Assembly: GCA_964493715.1 (NCBI GenBank) | Contig: CAZBPC010000003.1 | Coordinates: 32,001 to 96,000, forward strand | Direction: 5' to 3' | Length of the DNA stretch: 64,000 nt | DNA from: an uncultured archaeon | Lineage (GTDB): Archaea; Asgardarchaeota; Lokiarchaeia; Sigyniarchaeales; SOKP01 | Shown here: positions 39,789 to 50,236 of the stretch, one piece after another | How positions within the stretch are numbered: position 1 is the first letter of the stretch | Layout: the number at the start of each line of letters is the position of its first letter | Notes under the pieces: generated by a model | Database searches by the model: none | The model's input: the letters and a program-made list of their open reading frames with translations, nothing else | What the model was told of the DNA's origin: nothing | Made by a program: the position numbers and the translations under genes

Positions 39789-40829
39789 TTAAATTATTGA
39801 TATTATATACCAGGATAATAACATGGTACCAATTCCTAAAAAGATGGAAATTGGCAACCCAGGTAAAATTTTATTACGTTTTAATTGATTTAAGGTTATT
39901 CCCGTACCGATTAATATAGCTAAAGTTGTAAGGATCATGATAAATACATTTCCTGTCTGAATCAGTGCACTTGTAGTTAACATGCTATAAAAAGCCAAAT
40001 CCCCAATACCAATTTCAACTGAGGAGGTATCATAAACACTTTCTCCCTTTTTGATGGATTCTTCAACTTTTTCATCATATAAATCGTACTTGTCGTTTTT
40101 TGATGCAATATCAATCATCTCTTTGATGGGACCTCTTTTATTGAGTACAGCATATATATCCCATAAAGAAATTCCAATTAAAATAGCAAGAGTCGTCCAA
40201 AGTGGCATCATTAATCCCATTGAGGCACTTATTAACAGACTAATATATAGAACGATAAGATTCTTTGTATTGATCGATTTGGATGTGAAATATTTATAAA
40301 GCATCAAACCTGTAAATATTGCTACTAAGATTGGGCTTATAATATCAGATACGAGATGGTAAGTATTAACTAAAGTTGGTGTTTCTGGGAATTGAATGAA
40401 AATTAGAGTAATTATTACTGTAGCAAAGAACCATGATAATGTAAATCCTAGCAAACCAAAGGAAAAACCAAAAATATATTTTAATACGTCAATGCCTTTC
40501 TTTCTTATCAAGAAAACTATTAGAAACGCAGCAGCGACAGCAGTGAAAGTGAAAATGATTCCGTTCAAAATACCTCCTAAAGCACCTAAATCTCCTTCTG
40601 AGAAATAACCTCCTTTAACTTGAACCCCTGCTCCAAAATATGACATGTAGGCTAGTATACCCGCCAAGATTATGACGATTAGAATCGGAATTGGAAACAA
40701 TTTAAAAGAAACTCGATATGTAGGTAAAAAATGAGGAATTGAATCTTTTTTCACAAGTTCCTTAGAATCATGAATGTTTTCCATGTTATTTCGGTCATCA
40801 TTTTTTAATTTCTCCGTATCTTCTGACAT
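39789..40829 (-). CDS. Presenilin-family GxGD intramembrane aspartyl protease
   Basis: SLWDIYAVL..RGPIKEMI (TM6), IGIGDLAFYSML (TM7), LPGLPISI (PAL-like). Confidence 0.88.
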   Translation of the reverse strand: MSEDTEKLKNDDRNNMENIHDSKELVKKDSIPHFLPTYRVSFKLFPIPILIVIILAGILAYMSYFGAGVQVKGGYFSEGDLGALGGILNGIIFTFTAVAAAFLIVFLIRKKGIDVLKYIFGFSFGLLGFTLSWFFATVIITLIFIQFPETPTLVNTYHLVSDIISPILVAIFTGLMLYKYFTSKSINTKNLIVLYISLLISASMGLMMPLWTTLAILIGISLWDIYAVLNKRGPIKEMIDIASKNDKYDLYDEKVEESIKKGESVYDTSSVEIGIGDLAFYSMLTTSALIQTGNVFIMILTTLAILIGTGITLNQLKRNKILPGLPISIFLGIGTMLLSWYIISII

Positions 40830-40922
40830 TATGAGATGACAAAATTTTCATGAAATAAATATTTATTTATATCTATACGGCGAATTAAGAAATTATAATA
40901 AAAAAGAGTATAAGTCAACCTA

Positions 40923-42179
40923 TTAAAAGGTGACATTTGGGAGAGTTTTTACAAATTCCTTAACTAATTCTACTCTCTCTTTTCTTTCTTTACGATAATA
41001 GCGTAACGGATAAAGCTCATCAATCGTAAACTTGTATAATTTTATCCATGATTCTGCTACTTTACTAATCTTATACTGTTGCGCTACTTTTTTGGCGTTT
41101 TTTCCAAATTCATTGCGAAGATCATCGTCTTTCAGTAATTTGACAACAGAGTCCTTGAATTGATCTAAATTATTAGCAAGATATCCTGTTTCCCCATGTC
41201 TTATAACATTACTTATTCCGCATGCGTTCGCTCCTACAGTAGGTGTTCCTTGAGCCATTGCTTCAATTAATACTAATCCTTCTGCTTCAACCCAAGACCA
41301 CAAAGCTGATAAATCTGCTGTTCTATATAATCTTAATAAATCGACAAAAGGAACCCGTCCTGCATAAGACGCTATATCCCTGTATGCCTTCCTCTTAAGC
41401 ATTCGTTTAACATGATCTGAAGAAGCGCCTCCACTTCCCACCATTAAAAGGTAAGCGTCTGGAACTTCTTTCTGTATTTGTTTAAATGTTTTTAGGATAC
41501 TAATAGGATGCTTTTCTGTGGATAGGCGTGAAGCATATAGCAATACTTTTTTATCTTCAATGTTATATTTCTCTCGAATACCATTTTCTTTCAAATCCGT
41601 GAACATTGCATCAGGTATTCCATTAGATAAACAAATAATCGGTTCCATGAAACGCCAACTACGTAGCTGATCTTTCTTAGATTTGGTAGGAACGTGAACA
41701 AAATCATATTTATTGAGTAAATGGCGTTCGTATCTCCAGAGTAAGTCAGATTTGGTAAGTAGATTTCCAATAATTCTAACATTTTGCGCGGTATAATACG
41801 TTAGTGGTGCATTATGAGTAGCAATCATGGGGATTCCCAAATATTTTGCCCAATTAATAGCAATTGGTCCAATCGTCGCATGAGTGTGCATGTGAGTGAT
41901 ATCTAAATAATCATGGGGACAGAAAAACATTTTTTGGAGTGGAACTGAAGCAACGACCCCTGTCTCCTTCCCAATATACGCACCTCCAAGATCATGATAA
42001 TGTAATGTTTTAGGAATAGCATGACCATTGGTAATTTTAGGAGCAAAGACATGGACATTATGTCCTGTTCTTGCTATTGCTTCTGATAAATTTTTGACAG
42101 CATGAGCAGTTCCGTTAGTTTGGCTGTACATGCTTGAGAAAAAGCCAATATCTAGTATTTGTTTTACCATAAAAATCAC
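40923..42179 (-). CDS. Glycosyltransferase family 4
   Basis: GHNVHVFAP, SRLSTEK, EAEGLVLIEAMAQGTP. Confidence 0.9.
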   Translation of the reverse strand: MIFMVKQILDIGFFSSMYSQTNGTAHAVKNLSEAIARTGHNVHVFAPKITNGHAIPKTLHYHDLGGAYIGKETGVVASVPLQKMFFCPHDYLDITHMHTHATIGPIAINWAKYLGIPMIATHNAPLTYYTAQNVRIIGNLLTKSDLLWRYERHLLNKYDFVHVPTKSKKDQLRSWRFMEPIICLSNGIPDAMFTDLKENGIREKYNIEDKKVLLYASRLSTEKHPISILKTFKQIQKEVPDAYLLMVGSGGASSDHVKRMLKRKAYRDIASYAGRVPFVDLLRLYRTADLSALWSWVEAEGLVLIEAMAQGTPTVGANACGISNVIRHGETGYLANNLDQFKDSVVKLLKDDDLRNEFGKNAKKVAQQYKISKVAESWIKLYKFTIDELYPLRYYRKERKERVELVKEFVKTLPNVTF

Positions 42180-42366
42180 TTGAATTTAGATAAAATTACT
42201 AAAAATAAAAAACTAAATTTAAGAGTATTAATGTTATTACTATACTTTAATTAAATCTTCTTTTATATTTATAACGATGTATTTATTAAATTTTTTAAAA
42301 AAAATTATTAAAATGAAATAAAAAATCTAGCTTATAGCTATATTACAACTTTTCATCAATTTAATT

Positions 42367-42849
42367 ATGACGAGATACCACATGAGACGGAAGGAAAAAG
42401 AAATTACAAACTCAAATCTTTTAAACACAATTCTTATTGAAGGTCGATATGTTACAATATCAATGTGCAGAGATTCTGAACCATATATTGTTTCTCTTAG
42501 TTATGGTTATGATCAAGATAATAATTGTTTATATTTTCATTGTGCAAATGAAGGATTAAAAATTGAGTTTATCAAAGCAAATCCATTAGTGTGTGCTACA
42601 GTTATCAAAGATTGTGGTTATAAGATGAATGATTGTGATCATGCGTATCAATCAATTATCATAAGGGGAAAATTGATTATTATAGAGAGCTTTGAAGAAA
42701 AAAAACATGGATTTGATGTATTGATAAGTCATTTAGAAGAAAATCCTCAAAAGATAAAAAAAAATCATTTAAATAATGGAAAATCTTACATAAATACTTG
42801 TATATTAAGATTGGATATAGAAGAAATTTCTGGTAAAGTAAATATTTAG
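42367..42849 (+). CDS. Pyridoxamine 5'-phosphate oxidase-like flavin-binding protein (NimA-like)
   Basis: MRRKEKEI, PYIVSLSYG, YFHCANEGLK, YQSIIIRG. Confidence 0.85.
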   Translation: MTRYHMRRKEKEITNSNLLNTILIEGRYVTISMCRDSEPYIVSLSYGYDQDNNCLYFHCANEGLKIEFIKANPLVCATVIKDCGYKMNDCDHAYQSIIIRGKLIIIESFEEKKHGFDVLISHLEENPQKIKKNHLNNGKSYINTCILRLDIEEISGKVNI

Positions 42850-42896
42850 TTTTTCATTTTCATAAAACTTTTTTTGCTTGATTTATTCTATAAGAT

Positions 42897-43070
42897 ATGG
42901 ATCTCGAAGAAGAAAAAAAAATAATAAGTGAAATAATTAAACACAGACGTATCCCTTATTCTATAGAATTATTAGATATCGATGGAGACAAGATAACGGT
43001 CCGAAATAATTTTGGCTCCACAATAACTTATTTCAAAAAAGGCGATGATTATATCCTCGATAATCAATAA
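42897..43070 (+). CDS. Small hypothetical protein, 57 aa (not in ORF track)
   Basis: ATG 42897 to TAA 43070: MDLEEEKKIISEIIKHRRIPYSIELLDIDGDKITVRNNFGSTITYFKKGDDYILDNQ. Confidence 0.6.
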   Translation: MDLEEEKKIISEIIKHRRIPYSIELLDIDGDKITVRNNFGSTITYFKKGDDYILDNQ

Positions 43071-43247
43071 ATGATCTTTAGAGATATAATTCAAAAAACT
43101 TGTTAAGTTCAAATATTTAATAATTTGCATGCCCTTTTTTATTTAATATTACTATAAGGCACTAAAATCTGATAAAGTGAAACCATAAAATTAAAAGATT
43201 GAAGTATCTTACTAAAGGTTAAAGAACCTTATATTTTATTATTATTC

Positions 43248-44441
43248 TTGGTGCTATTTTTGAGACAGAGAAAATTCAAATCAGATGATATTGACGATTT
43301 ATTTACTGAACATTTTAGAGCGGTTATTGATAGCAATACATCACTTACCATGTATAATGAGAAAAAGCGTTCTGTTTGCGTGATAAGAAAAAACTTGGCT
43401 AAAGATTATGAGGTGGAAGTTGATGCTTCAGAAGCACCAATAATGAATAAATTATTAAGAGATCCAGAACCTTATGAGAGTTCAATAGCAGATGTTAAAA
43501 TACTTGAACAAGAAATATTTCCATTGAACGAAGCATTTAAGAATGTATTTGGAATTGATGAAGAATTAAAACTTAATTCGATAAAATTAGCTATTGGTGG
43601 TAGTTATAATGATTACGTTACAATTCAAGAAAGTGATTTGAAGAAATTTGATGTTAAACCAACCCTTAGTGGGTTATGCGAATTTATAGATCAAAATAAT
43701 GAAAGTATTCTCGGATTTCTGGATTGTGAATATGTGAGTGAAGAGGGAAATGTAATTTATCTCAGTTGTGATAAAAAAGGAGTAACTGATAACATTTATT
43801 CTTTGAGCATAAAAATCTTGGCATCCATGCACCAAAGAGGATTTTTTCTTCAGCAAGAACATAAGTATTACGGACTTCAGCTATTCATCACTTTAGAAAT
43901 GAAAAAAGCTAATGATGATAAATTATTCGAATTCTTAAAAGAGCTTAATGTAGACTGGGAAATGATCTTTTTCAGAAGACGATTAGCAATTCATGACTGG
44001 ACTGAAATAGAATGTGATAAAGATTCTGATAATCTTAAAAAATATTTGATGGCTAAATTCGAAACCCTAAATTATTTTGATATTAACAATATTATAAGAG
44101 TGATCATAAAAAACCAATTACCTTTCAATGTTGCTGATAAAATGGCCTCCCTCTTATATAAAATGAAAATTGAAAGAAGTAATCAATTATCAGATAAAAA
44201 CTATGAGCAACTTTCCAACAATGAGGGGTATTTCGATTCTCAAAGAAGATATCTACATTCTGATTCAGAAGAGAGAGCTCAAACTGTAAATGGTTATACT
44301 CTTACCCTAAAAAAAGCAGAAATAGCTGCCGCTGCCAATATCGCATGTGCTTACTTAGGCATTCAAAAAGAAATAGAATTTGATAAAGATATCCCAACCT
44401 CTGAAATTTTAAAGTATCAAGATGAATTGACTAATTTCTAA
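43248..44441 (+). CDS. Hypothetical protein
   Basis: 397-aa ORF, no motif recognised. Confidence 0.7.
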   Translation: MVLFLRQRKFKSDDIDDLFTEHFRAVIDSNTSLTMYNEKKRSVCVIRKNLAKDYEVEVDASEAPIMNKLLRDPEPYESSIADVKILEQEIFPLNEAFKNVFGIDEELKLNSIKLAIGGSYNDYVTIQESDLKKFDVKPTLSGLCEFIDQNNESILGFLDCEYVSEEGNVIYLSCDKKGVTDNIYSLSIKILASMHQRGFFLQQEHKYYGLQLFITLEMKKANDDKLFEFLKELNVDWEMIFFRRRLAIHDWTEIECDKDSDNLKKYLMAKFETLNYFDINNIIRVIIKNQLPFNVADKMASLLYKMKIERSNQLSDKNYEQLSNNEGYFDSQRRYLHSDSEERAQTVNGYTLTLKKAEIAAAANIACAYLGIQKEIEFDKDIPTSEILKYQDELTNF

Positions 44442-44478
44442 GAATAAAATAAAAAAAGGGAAGATAAAGAAGTTTTTT

Positions 44479-45483
44479 TTACTTTAATTTGTAAGATAGT
44501 TTTAATAACTCGTGATTTACTTCACCAACAGTTATACTTCCCCCAGTTCTAACGTTTGTCATAGTATATTTTGCTGGAGCAAATAAACCAGGATCAATTT
44601 TATAGAAATCATAATCGGCTGCTTCAAATGTTTCTATGAAAGGTTTTCCATAGCTGGGTGAAGTATTTGCAGGTGCTTTTCTCAATAGTTCAAATAACTC
44701 AGTTTCTTTTTCCTTATCTACATCAATTGTATAATAAGTTAACCCTGCTGCACTTATTGAATCATTGGTTCTTCCCATCGCACCCAAATCATCCTTTGCT
44801 ATAGGAGCTATTGTCGTTGTTCCAAACCCATCTTTTAGCACTTCGAGGGGGAAATGAATTTCATGTAGTTTGTGAATCCCTGTTTCTACTATTCTAGCAG
44901 CAACTTGGATAGATCCGGTTAAACAAGCTGTAGGGGCACATAATGCATATGTATCACTTGGATTTACTCCACTTTTTGATGCTACAATTTCCATCACTTC
45001 TGAATTTGGTAATTTATCAGTTTCAAACACGATTATTGCACAATCTGAATCATCAGTATAGTCTATTTCTTCGAAAATTTTCTCAGTTTTACTTTTAGCT
45101 CTAGCAGGACCCGAACCTAGCGATTGAAAAATAACCTTTTTCTTCATTTTCCCGTCTTTTTCAACTTCCTTTTTCAATTTAACACTCCAACCAGCCAATT
45201 GGGATGCCATGCAAGAAATAACAGGTTCAGAAGTATATACATTAACACTTGGAATATAATGGCCGTCTAAATCGTAAGACGAAAATTCAACATTTCCTAA
45301 TCCCCCCATACAAATTTCTCCAACTAATTTTCCTCCCGTCCAAGACGCATTGGTCATATCTAAAACTGTTGAGCCATTTTCAAGTTTTTGAATGTCGACT
45401 TTATATAATTCTTTATTTTCAATAATCTTTTTCACGAGTTTTAGAGCGAGATTATTAATTTTGATATGATGCATTTCGATCAC
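44479..45483 (-). CDS. mch: Methenyl-H4MPT cyclohydrolase
   Basis: EICMGGLG, SQLAGW, LGSGPARA, ARIVETGIHKL, GRTND, DFYKIDPGLFAPA. Confidence 0.95.
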   Translation of the reverse strand: MIEMHHIKINNLALKLVKKIIENKELYKVDIQKLENGSTVLDMTNASWTGGKLVGEICMGGLGNVEFSSYDLDGHYIPSVNVYTSEPVISCMASQLAGWSVKLKKEVEKDGKMKKKVIFQSLGSGPARAKSKTEKIFEEIDYTDDSDCAIIVFETDKLPNSEVMEIVASKSGVNPSDTYALCAPTACLTGSIQVAARIVETGIHKLHEIHFPLEVLKDGFGTTTIAPIAKDDLGAMGRTNDSISAAGLTYYTIDVDKEKETELFELLRKAPANTSPSYGKPFIETFEAADYDFYKIDPGLFAPAKYTMTNVRTGGSITVGEVNHELLKLSYKLK

Positions 45484-45567
45484 TTTTCTCCATTTTTTAA
45501 ATGAGTATTTATTATTTTTTACGTATTTTAATATATTAAATTAAGTTTATATTAAAATTTTATAATA

Positions 45568-47100
45568 ATGAATGAAGTACTTGATTCTTTACATTTTTTA
45601 TTAGAATCTTTACTATTAGCTAAAAAATTCCTATTTGATACAATTGAGATCTCTGATTTAAATTTGATAATATATACGCATCTTGATGCCGATGGATTGG
45701 CTTCAGGAGCAATATTAGGTAAAGCTTTTTTCAGAGAAAAAATTCCATTCCAAATAAGGGTATTAAAACAATTAGAAAAAGAAGAAATCATTAAATTAGC
45801 AAAAGATGCGATTGATGGTTCCAAGTTTGTTATTTTTTCTGATTTTGGGAGTGGACAATACTTAGAATTAATTAACCAACTCAAGTTTAATGAGACTCAA
45901 ATTCCTTTTCTTATTATAGATCATCATCTCCCACAAGGAATATCAAATAAAGAAGATCCTAACATAAAAAAAGTTTATGAAAGTGGTATCCCTTGGCATA
46001 TAAATCCTTATTTTTATGGAATAGATGGAAGCACACAAATTTCCAGTTCCGGTCTATGTTACTTGTTTTCGAAAATAATAAATAAGAAAAATATTGATCT
46101 TTCTCCTATCGCTTTAGTAGGTGCAACCGGTGACATTCAAAATAGAGGTTCTAATTATTCGTTTACTGGTATTAATTCTTTCATCCTTAAAGATGCGATT
46201 GAAACCGATTTAATTGATGAGGTTGACGATCTTAGCTTTTCACCAATAAAACCAATTAATGAAGCAATTGCTTATTCAAGTAATATAAATTTACCCGGAT
46301 TAACAGGAAATGCAAGTACCACCTTAAAATTTTTAAAAACGATCGGTATACTAATGGAAAAATCAGATGGTAATATAAGAACGCTAAATGATCTAACTCA
46401 AAGTGAAAAGAGAGATATTTCATCAAAAATTATTGAATATGCCTTAAAATATGAAATAGACCCAGAAATTATAACTCAGAATCTAATTATTAATAGATAT
46501 ATCTTAAAAAATGAAATTGTGGGATCTGAATTACATGAATTAAATGAATTTTCTAAACTATTGAACTCTTGTGGACGGAGTGAAAATGCTTCTTTGGGCA
46601 TAGCAATAGGAATGGGTGATAGACGTATAGCATATCAAAAAGCTCAAAATAATCTCGTTGAATATAGAAAGAAAATATCTAACGCGCTAAATTGGATCCA
46701 AAAGGATGAAAAAATCAAAGAAATGGATTATATTCAATATTTTTATGGAGAAGACGTAATTACTGATACCATGATTGGGACCATTGCTTCAATGCTTATT
46801 TTTGATAAGAGTGGAGTTATTAATAAAGAAAAGCCTCTTTTTGGATGTTCTAAGAGAAAAGCGGAGGGGGTTTATAAGATCTCAGCTAGAGCAAGTAATG
46901 CAGTAGTAGCAGAAGGAATAAATCTATCAGAAGCAATACGAAAAGCATTATTACTCTCAGATTTGGATGTATTAGGAGGAGGTCATCCTCCAGCAGCAGG
47001 AACTATAGTTCCTATTGATAAAATTGATCTTTTTCTAAAAAATTGTAATATAATTATCAAAGAACAACGAAATATTACAAATGATAAAAATACTAAATAG
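45568..47100 (+). CDS. RecJ/Cdc45-like DHH phosphoesterase
   Basis: HLDADG, SDFGS, IDHH, HINPY, GGGHPPAAG. Confidence 0.88.
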   Translation: MNEVLDSLHFLLESLLLAKKFLFDTIEISDLNLIIYTHLDADGLASGAILGKAFFREKIPFQIRVLKQLEKEEIIKLAKDAIDGSKFVIFSDFGSGQYLELINQLKFNETQIPFLIIDHHLPQGISNKEDPNIKKVYESGIPWHINPYFYGIDGSTQISSSGLCYLFSKIINKKNIDLSPIALVGATGDIQNRGSNYSFTGINSFILKDAIETDLIDEVDDLSFSPIKPINEAIAYSSNINLPGLTGNASTTLKFLKTIGILMEKSDGNIRTLNDLTQSEKRDISSKIIEYALKYEIDPEIITQNLIINRYILKNEIVGSELHELNEFSKLLNSCGRSENASLGIAIGMGDRRIAYQKAQNNLVEYRKKISNALNWIQKDEKIKEMDYIQYFYGEDVITDTMIGTIASMLIFDKSGVINKEKPLFGCSKRKAEGVYKISARASNAVVAEGINLSEAIRKALLLSDLDVLGGGHPPAAGTIVPIDKIDLFLKNCNIIIKEQRNITNDKNTK

Positions 47101-48382
47101 CGTAAGATTCTCCTGTTTCAGGAGCAGCAGCATTGTAATTTTCTTTATTTAGATTACTAGCTAAAGAAGTAGTTGACTTTTCATCTCCATGAACACAAAA
47201 CACATAACGTGAACTATTGAACTTAATTCCTTTAATATAGTTAAAGAGATGGGATCTATCAGCATGACTTGAAAAATCAAAATAATCTACCTCGCACAAT
47301 GCCTTAAAATTAGTATCTTTTGAATACCCTCTTTCTGCAAATTCGAATATTCCTTCATCTAAAAGTTTTCTTCCAGGTGTTCCTTCTACTTGATATCCTA
47401 CAAGATAAATAGCTGATGCTGGGTCTGCAACAATTTTTGACACGTAATCAATCGCAGCGCCACCTTTAAGCATTCCTGATGGTGAAATAATAATAGTTTT
47501 TCCTTTTTCTAAAATATTCATTCGGTTTCTACTTTTTGCGAATTTTGCGGCCTTTATTGCTTTCTTGAGAATGTTAAAATTCTTGAATGCGTTAGGGAAT
47601 TCGGAATAAGCCATACTGATTTTTCTGGCAAGTCCATCCAAATATATTGGTATTTTTAGATCATATTTTTTTAAAACTAATAAAAGTTCTTGTGATCTCG
47701 CAACCCCAAATGCGGGAATTAATACATTTCCTTCATTTTCTATTATATTAACGATTCGATCTATGATCTTTCTTTCAGTTTCCTCTCTTAGAGGATGTTC
47801 TTTTAAAGCGTAAGTTGATTCTGTGATTAATGCATCAATCTCAGGTATATCTGAAGATCTCGCAGAATTTATGAGATTAGTAGTTTGCGAATTTATATCT
47901 CCAGTATAAAATATTTTTTTTCCATCCACCTCAATAAGAATCGATACGCTTCCGGGAATATGTCCAGCATCATAAAAGGTTATATGAAAGTCATTGGAGA
48001 TTTTCTGACGAATCCCAATTTTCAAGAATTTAGCATTTTGTCTTAATTTATCTAATTCTTTAAGACCAAACGGATATGGATACCTAGTAATCTTAATCAT
48101 ATCTTTTAAGAGAATGTCAGTGATTCTTAGTGATAGTGGATTTGTATAAAAAGGTAGGGTTGAATTTTTATATAAATAGGGGAGTGCTCCTGAATGATCT
48201 ACATGACAATGAGTAAGAGCAACAGCTTTAAGATTATTTAAATCAGCATTATCAGGCAAGCGATCCTCTTCTTTGAATCTTACTCCATAATCTAGCATCA
48301 TTTTTTCTTTATTATTCGATTCAATTAATACGGCGGATCTACCAACTTCTCGGGCACCTCCAAGAAATTTAATTACGGGCAT
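47093..48382 (-). CDS. MBL beta-CASP ribonuclease (aCPSF-like, lacking KH domains)
   Basis: LGGAREVGRS, THCHVDHSG, AGHIPGS, ESTY, FSSHAD, VHGD. Confidence 0.9.
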   Translation of the reverse strand: MPVIKFLGGAREVGRSAVLIESNNKEKMMLDYGVRFKEEDRLPDNADLNNLKAVALTHCHVDHSGALPYLYKNSTLPFYTNPLSLRITDILLKDMIKITRYPYPFGLKELDKLRQNAKFLKIGIRQKISNDFHITFYDAGHIPGSVSILIEVDGKKIFYTGDINSQTTNLINSARSSDIPEIDALITESTYALKEHPLREETERKIIDRIVNIIENEGNVLIPAFGVARSQELLLVLKKYDLKIPIYLDGLARKISMAYSEFPNAFKNFNILKKAIKAAKFAKSRNRMNILEKGKTIIISPSGMLKGGAAIDYVSKIVADPASAIYLVGYQVEGTPGRKLLDEGIFEFAERGYSKDTNFKALCEVDYFDFSSHADRSHLFNYIKGIKFNSSRYVFCVHGDEKSTTSLASNLNKENYNAAAPETGESYAI

Positions 48383-48516
48383 GTTTATATTTTTTAAATA
48401 CTAAATTTTTTTATCTCCTTATATTAATAAATTTGTGAGAGAATAATAATTTTTTTAATGTAGAGCCTTGCATTAATTAAAATAAAAAATAAAAAGAATA
48501 ATTAAAATGCAAAATA

Positions 48517-49275
48517 TTACTTTATCTTTTTTATAACGTTAGTCAGCAATGTAATAACATTGTTTACGTTTCTACTGAAAACTTCTAAAATTTCTTCCCA
48601 TGTTACAGGAACCTCATCTTCTTTCCAACAATCATAATCTGTAGACATAGCAACTGCTGCATATGGAATACCTACCTCATTTGCCAAGATCGTTTCAGGA
48701 GCAATGCTCATATTAATTACATCAGCCCCCCATAGCCTAAACATCTCTGATTCTGCCCTTGTGGAAAATCTAGGTCCTTCGATTGTAACAACTGTTCCAT
48801 TTTCATGATATTTAAGATTGAGCTCTTTAGCCGTTTCAATAAAGATATGCCTTAACTCTTCAGAATATGGATAAGCCATAGCAGTATGTTTGGCATCGTG
48901 GGGTGGGAATTCATCAAAAAAACTTACTTTCCTCAATCTTGTAAAATCTATAAATTGATCGAGAATAACAAGGTCCCCACGACCGATCTCTTCTCTCAAG
49001 CTACCACACGCTGTCGTTGCCAAGATATGAGTGCATCCTTGATCTTTAAGTGCTTGTATATTAGCTCTATAGTTTACATGTGTTGGAGGTATTGTATGTT
49101 CTCTTCCGTGTCTTGCTATAAGAACAACATCCACATCATTGATTTTACCTACTTTAAGGGGAGAAGATGGTTTTCCATATGTTGTATCTACTTCAACATC
49201 TCTTCCATCTTTTAAAATATCCGGATCATCTAATCCCGAGCCACCTATTATCCCTATTTTAACCATAATATTCAC
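48517..49275 (-). CDS. mtnP: S-methyl-5'-thioadenosine phosphorylase (likely start ATG at 49266)
   Basis: GIIGGSG, RHGREH, EGPRFSTRAES, TDYDCW. Confidence 0.92.
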   Translation of the reverse strand: MNIMVKIGIIGGSGLDDPDILKDGRDVEVDTTYGKPSSPLKVGKINDVDVVLIARHGREHTIPPTHVNYRANIQALKDQGCTHILATTACGSLREEIGRGDLVILDQFIDFTRLRKVSFFDEFPPHDAKHTAMAYPYSEELRHIFIETAKELNLKYHENGTVVTIEGPRFSTRAESEMFRLWGADVINMSIAPETILANEVGIPYAAVAMSTDYDCWKEDEVPVTWEEILEVFSRNVNNVITLLTNVIKKIK

Positions 49276-49369
49276 TATTAGGTGTTTTCCAATAATTTTT
49301 ATTATAATATTTAAAATTACTCAATTTTTATTTATTTTATCAGAAATAAATAAATGATATGATTTTAAA

Positions 49370-50233
49370 ATGAAAAATAACGATATAAGTGTTGATATAG
49401 GCATAATTGGAGGTACTGGTTCGGATATACATTTGGACAATACTGTAGAAGTCAAAATCTTTACTCCTTTTGGAAACAGCTCTTCAAAAGTAACTATAGG
49501 AGATTTTAAAAATAAAAAAATAGCATTTATTTCTCGTCATGGTAAAGATCATTCAATTCCCCCACACAATATAAATTTTAGGGCAAATATCTGGGCATTA
49601 AAAGAACTAGGAGTTAAATTTGTTATATCAACCTCAGCAGTTGGTTCATTGAAAGCAGAGTTATCAAAAGGAACATTTGTAATGGTTGATCAATATATTG
49701 ATCGAACTAAGAAACGAGTTGATACCTTTTTCCAAGGAGGGCAAGTTTGCCATATAGGTCAAGCAGATCCCTATTGCGAATATATGAGAAATCTTTTTTA
49801 TGAATCAGGAAAAATTTTAGGGATTAAATTTTGTAATGGAGGAACATATGTTTGTATTGAAGGACCAAGATTTTCCACAAGATCAGAATCAAATATGTTT
49901 CGACTACTTGGTGGAGACATTATAGGAATGACGACATATCCAGAGGTAGTTCTAGCTGCCGAAAAAGAAATGTGTTATTGTTGTATCGCTATGATAACTG
50001 ATCTCGATGTATGGGCCGGATACTGTCCGAACTGTGGCATCGTCATATTTAAAAATGAATGTGATAAATGTGGTTCTTTAATTCAAAAATTGAGTGTTGA
50101 TGTACCAGAAGTCATGAAAACAATGGAAAAAAATATTGAGAATCTTAAGAAATTATTAGAAATGACCATCCCTAAAATAAATACAGAAAGAGATTGCTCT
50201 TGTCATCATGGACTATCAAATTCGATATTATGA
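49370..50233 (+). CDS. Second MTAP-family phosphorylase with Zn-ribbon insertion
   Basis: GIIGGTG, RHGKDH, EGPRFSTRSES, TDLDVW followed by CPNC..CDKC; C-terminal CSC. Confidence 0.88.
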   Translation: MKNNDISVDIGIIGGTGSDIHLDNTVEVKIFTPFGNSSSKVTIGDFKNKKIAFISRHGKDHSIPPHNINFRANIWALKELGVKFVISTSAVGSLKAELSKGTFVMVDQYIDRTKKRVDTFFQGGQVCHIGQADPYCEYMRNLFYESGKILGIKFCNGGTYVCIEGPRFSTRSESNMFRLLGGDIIGMTTYPEVVLAAEKEMCYCCIAMITDLDVWAGYCPNCGIVIFKNECDKCGSLIQKLSVDVPEVMKTMEKNIENLKKLLEMTIPKINTERDCSCHHGLSNSIL

Positions 50234-50236
50234 TTT

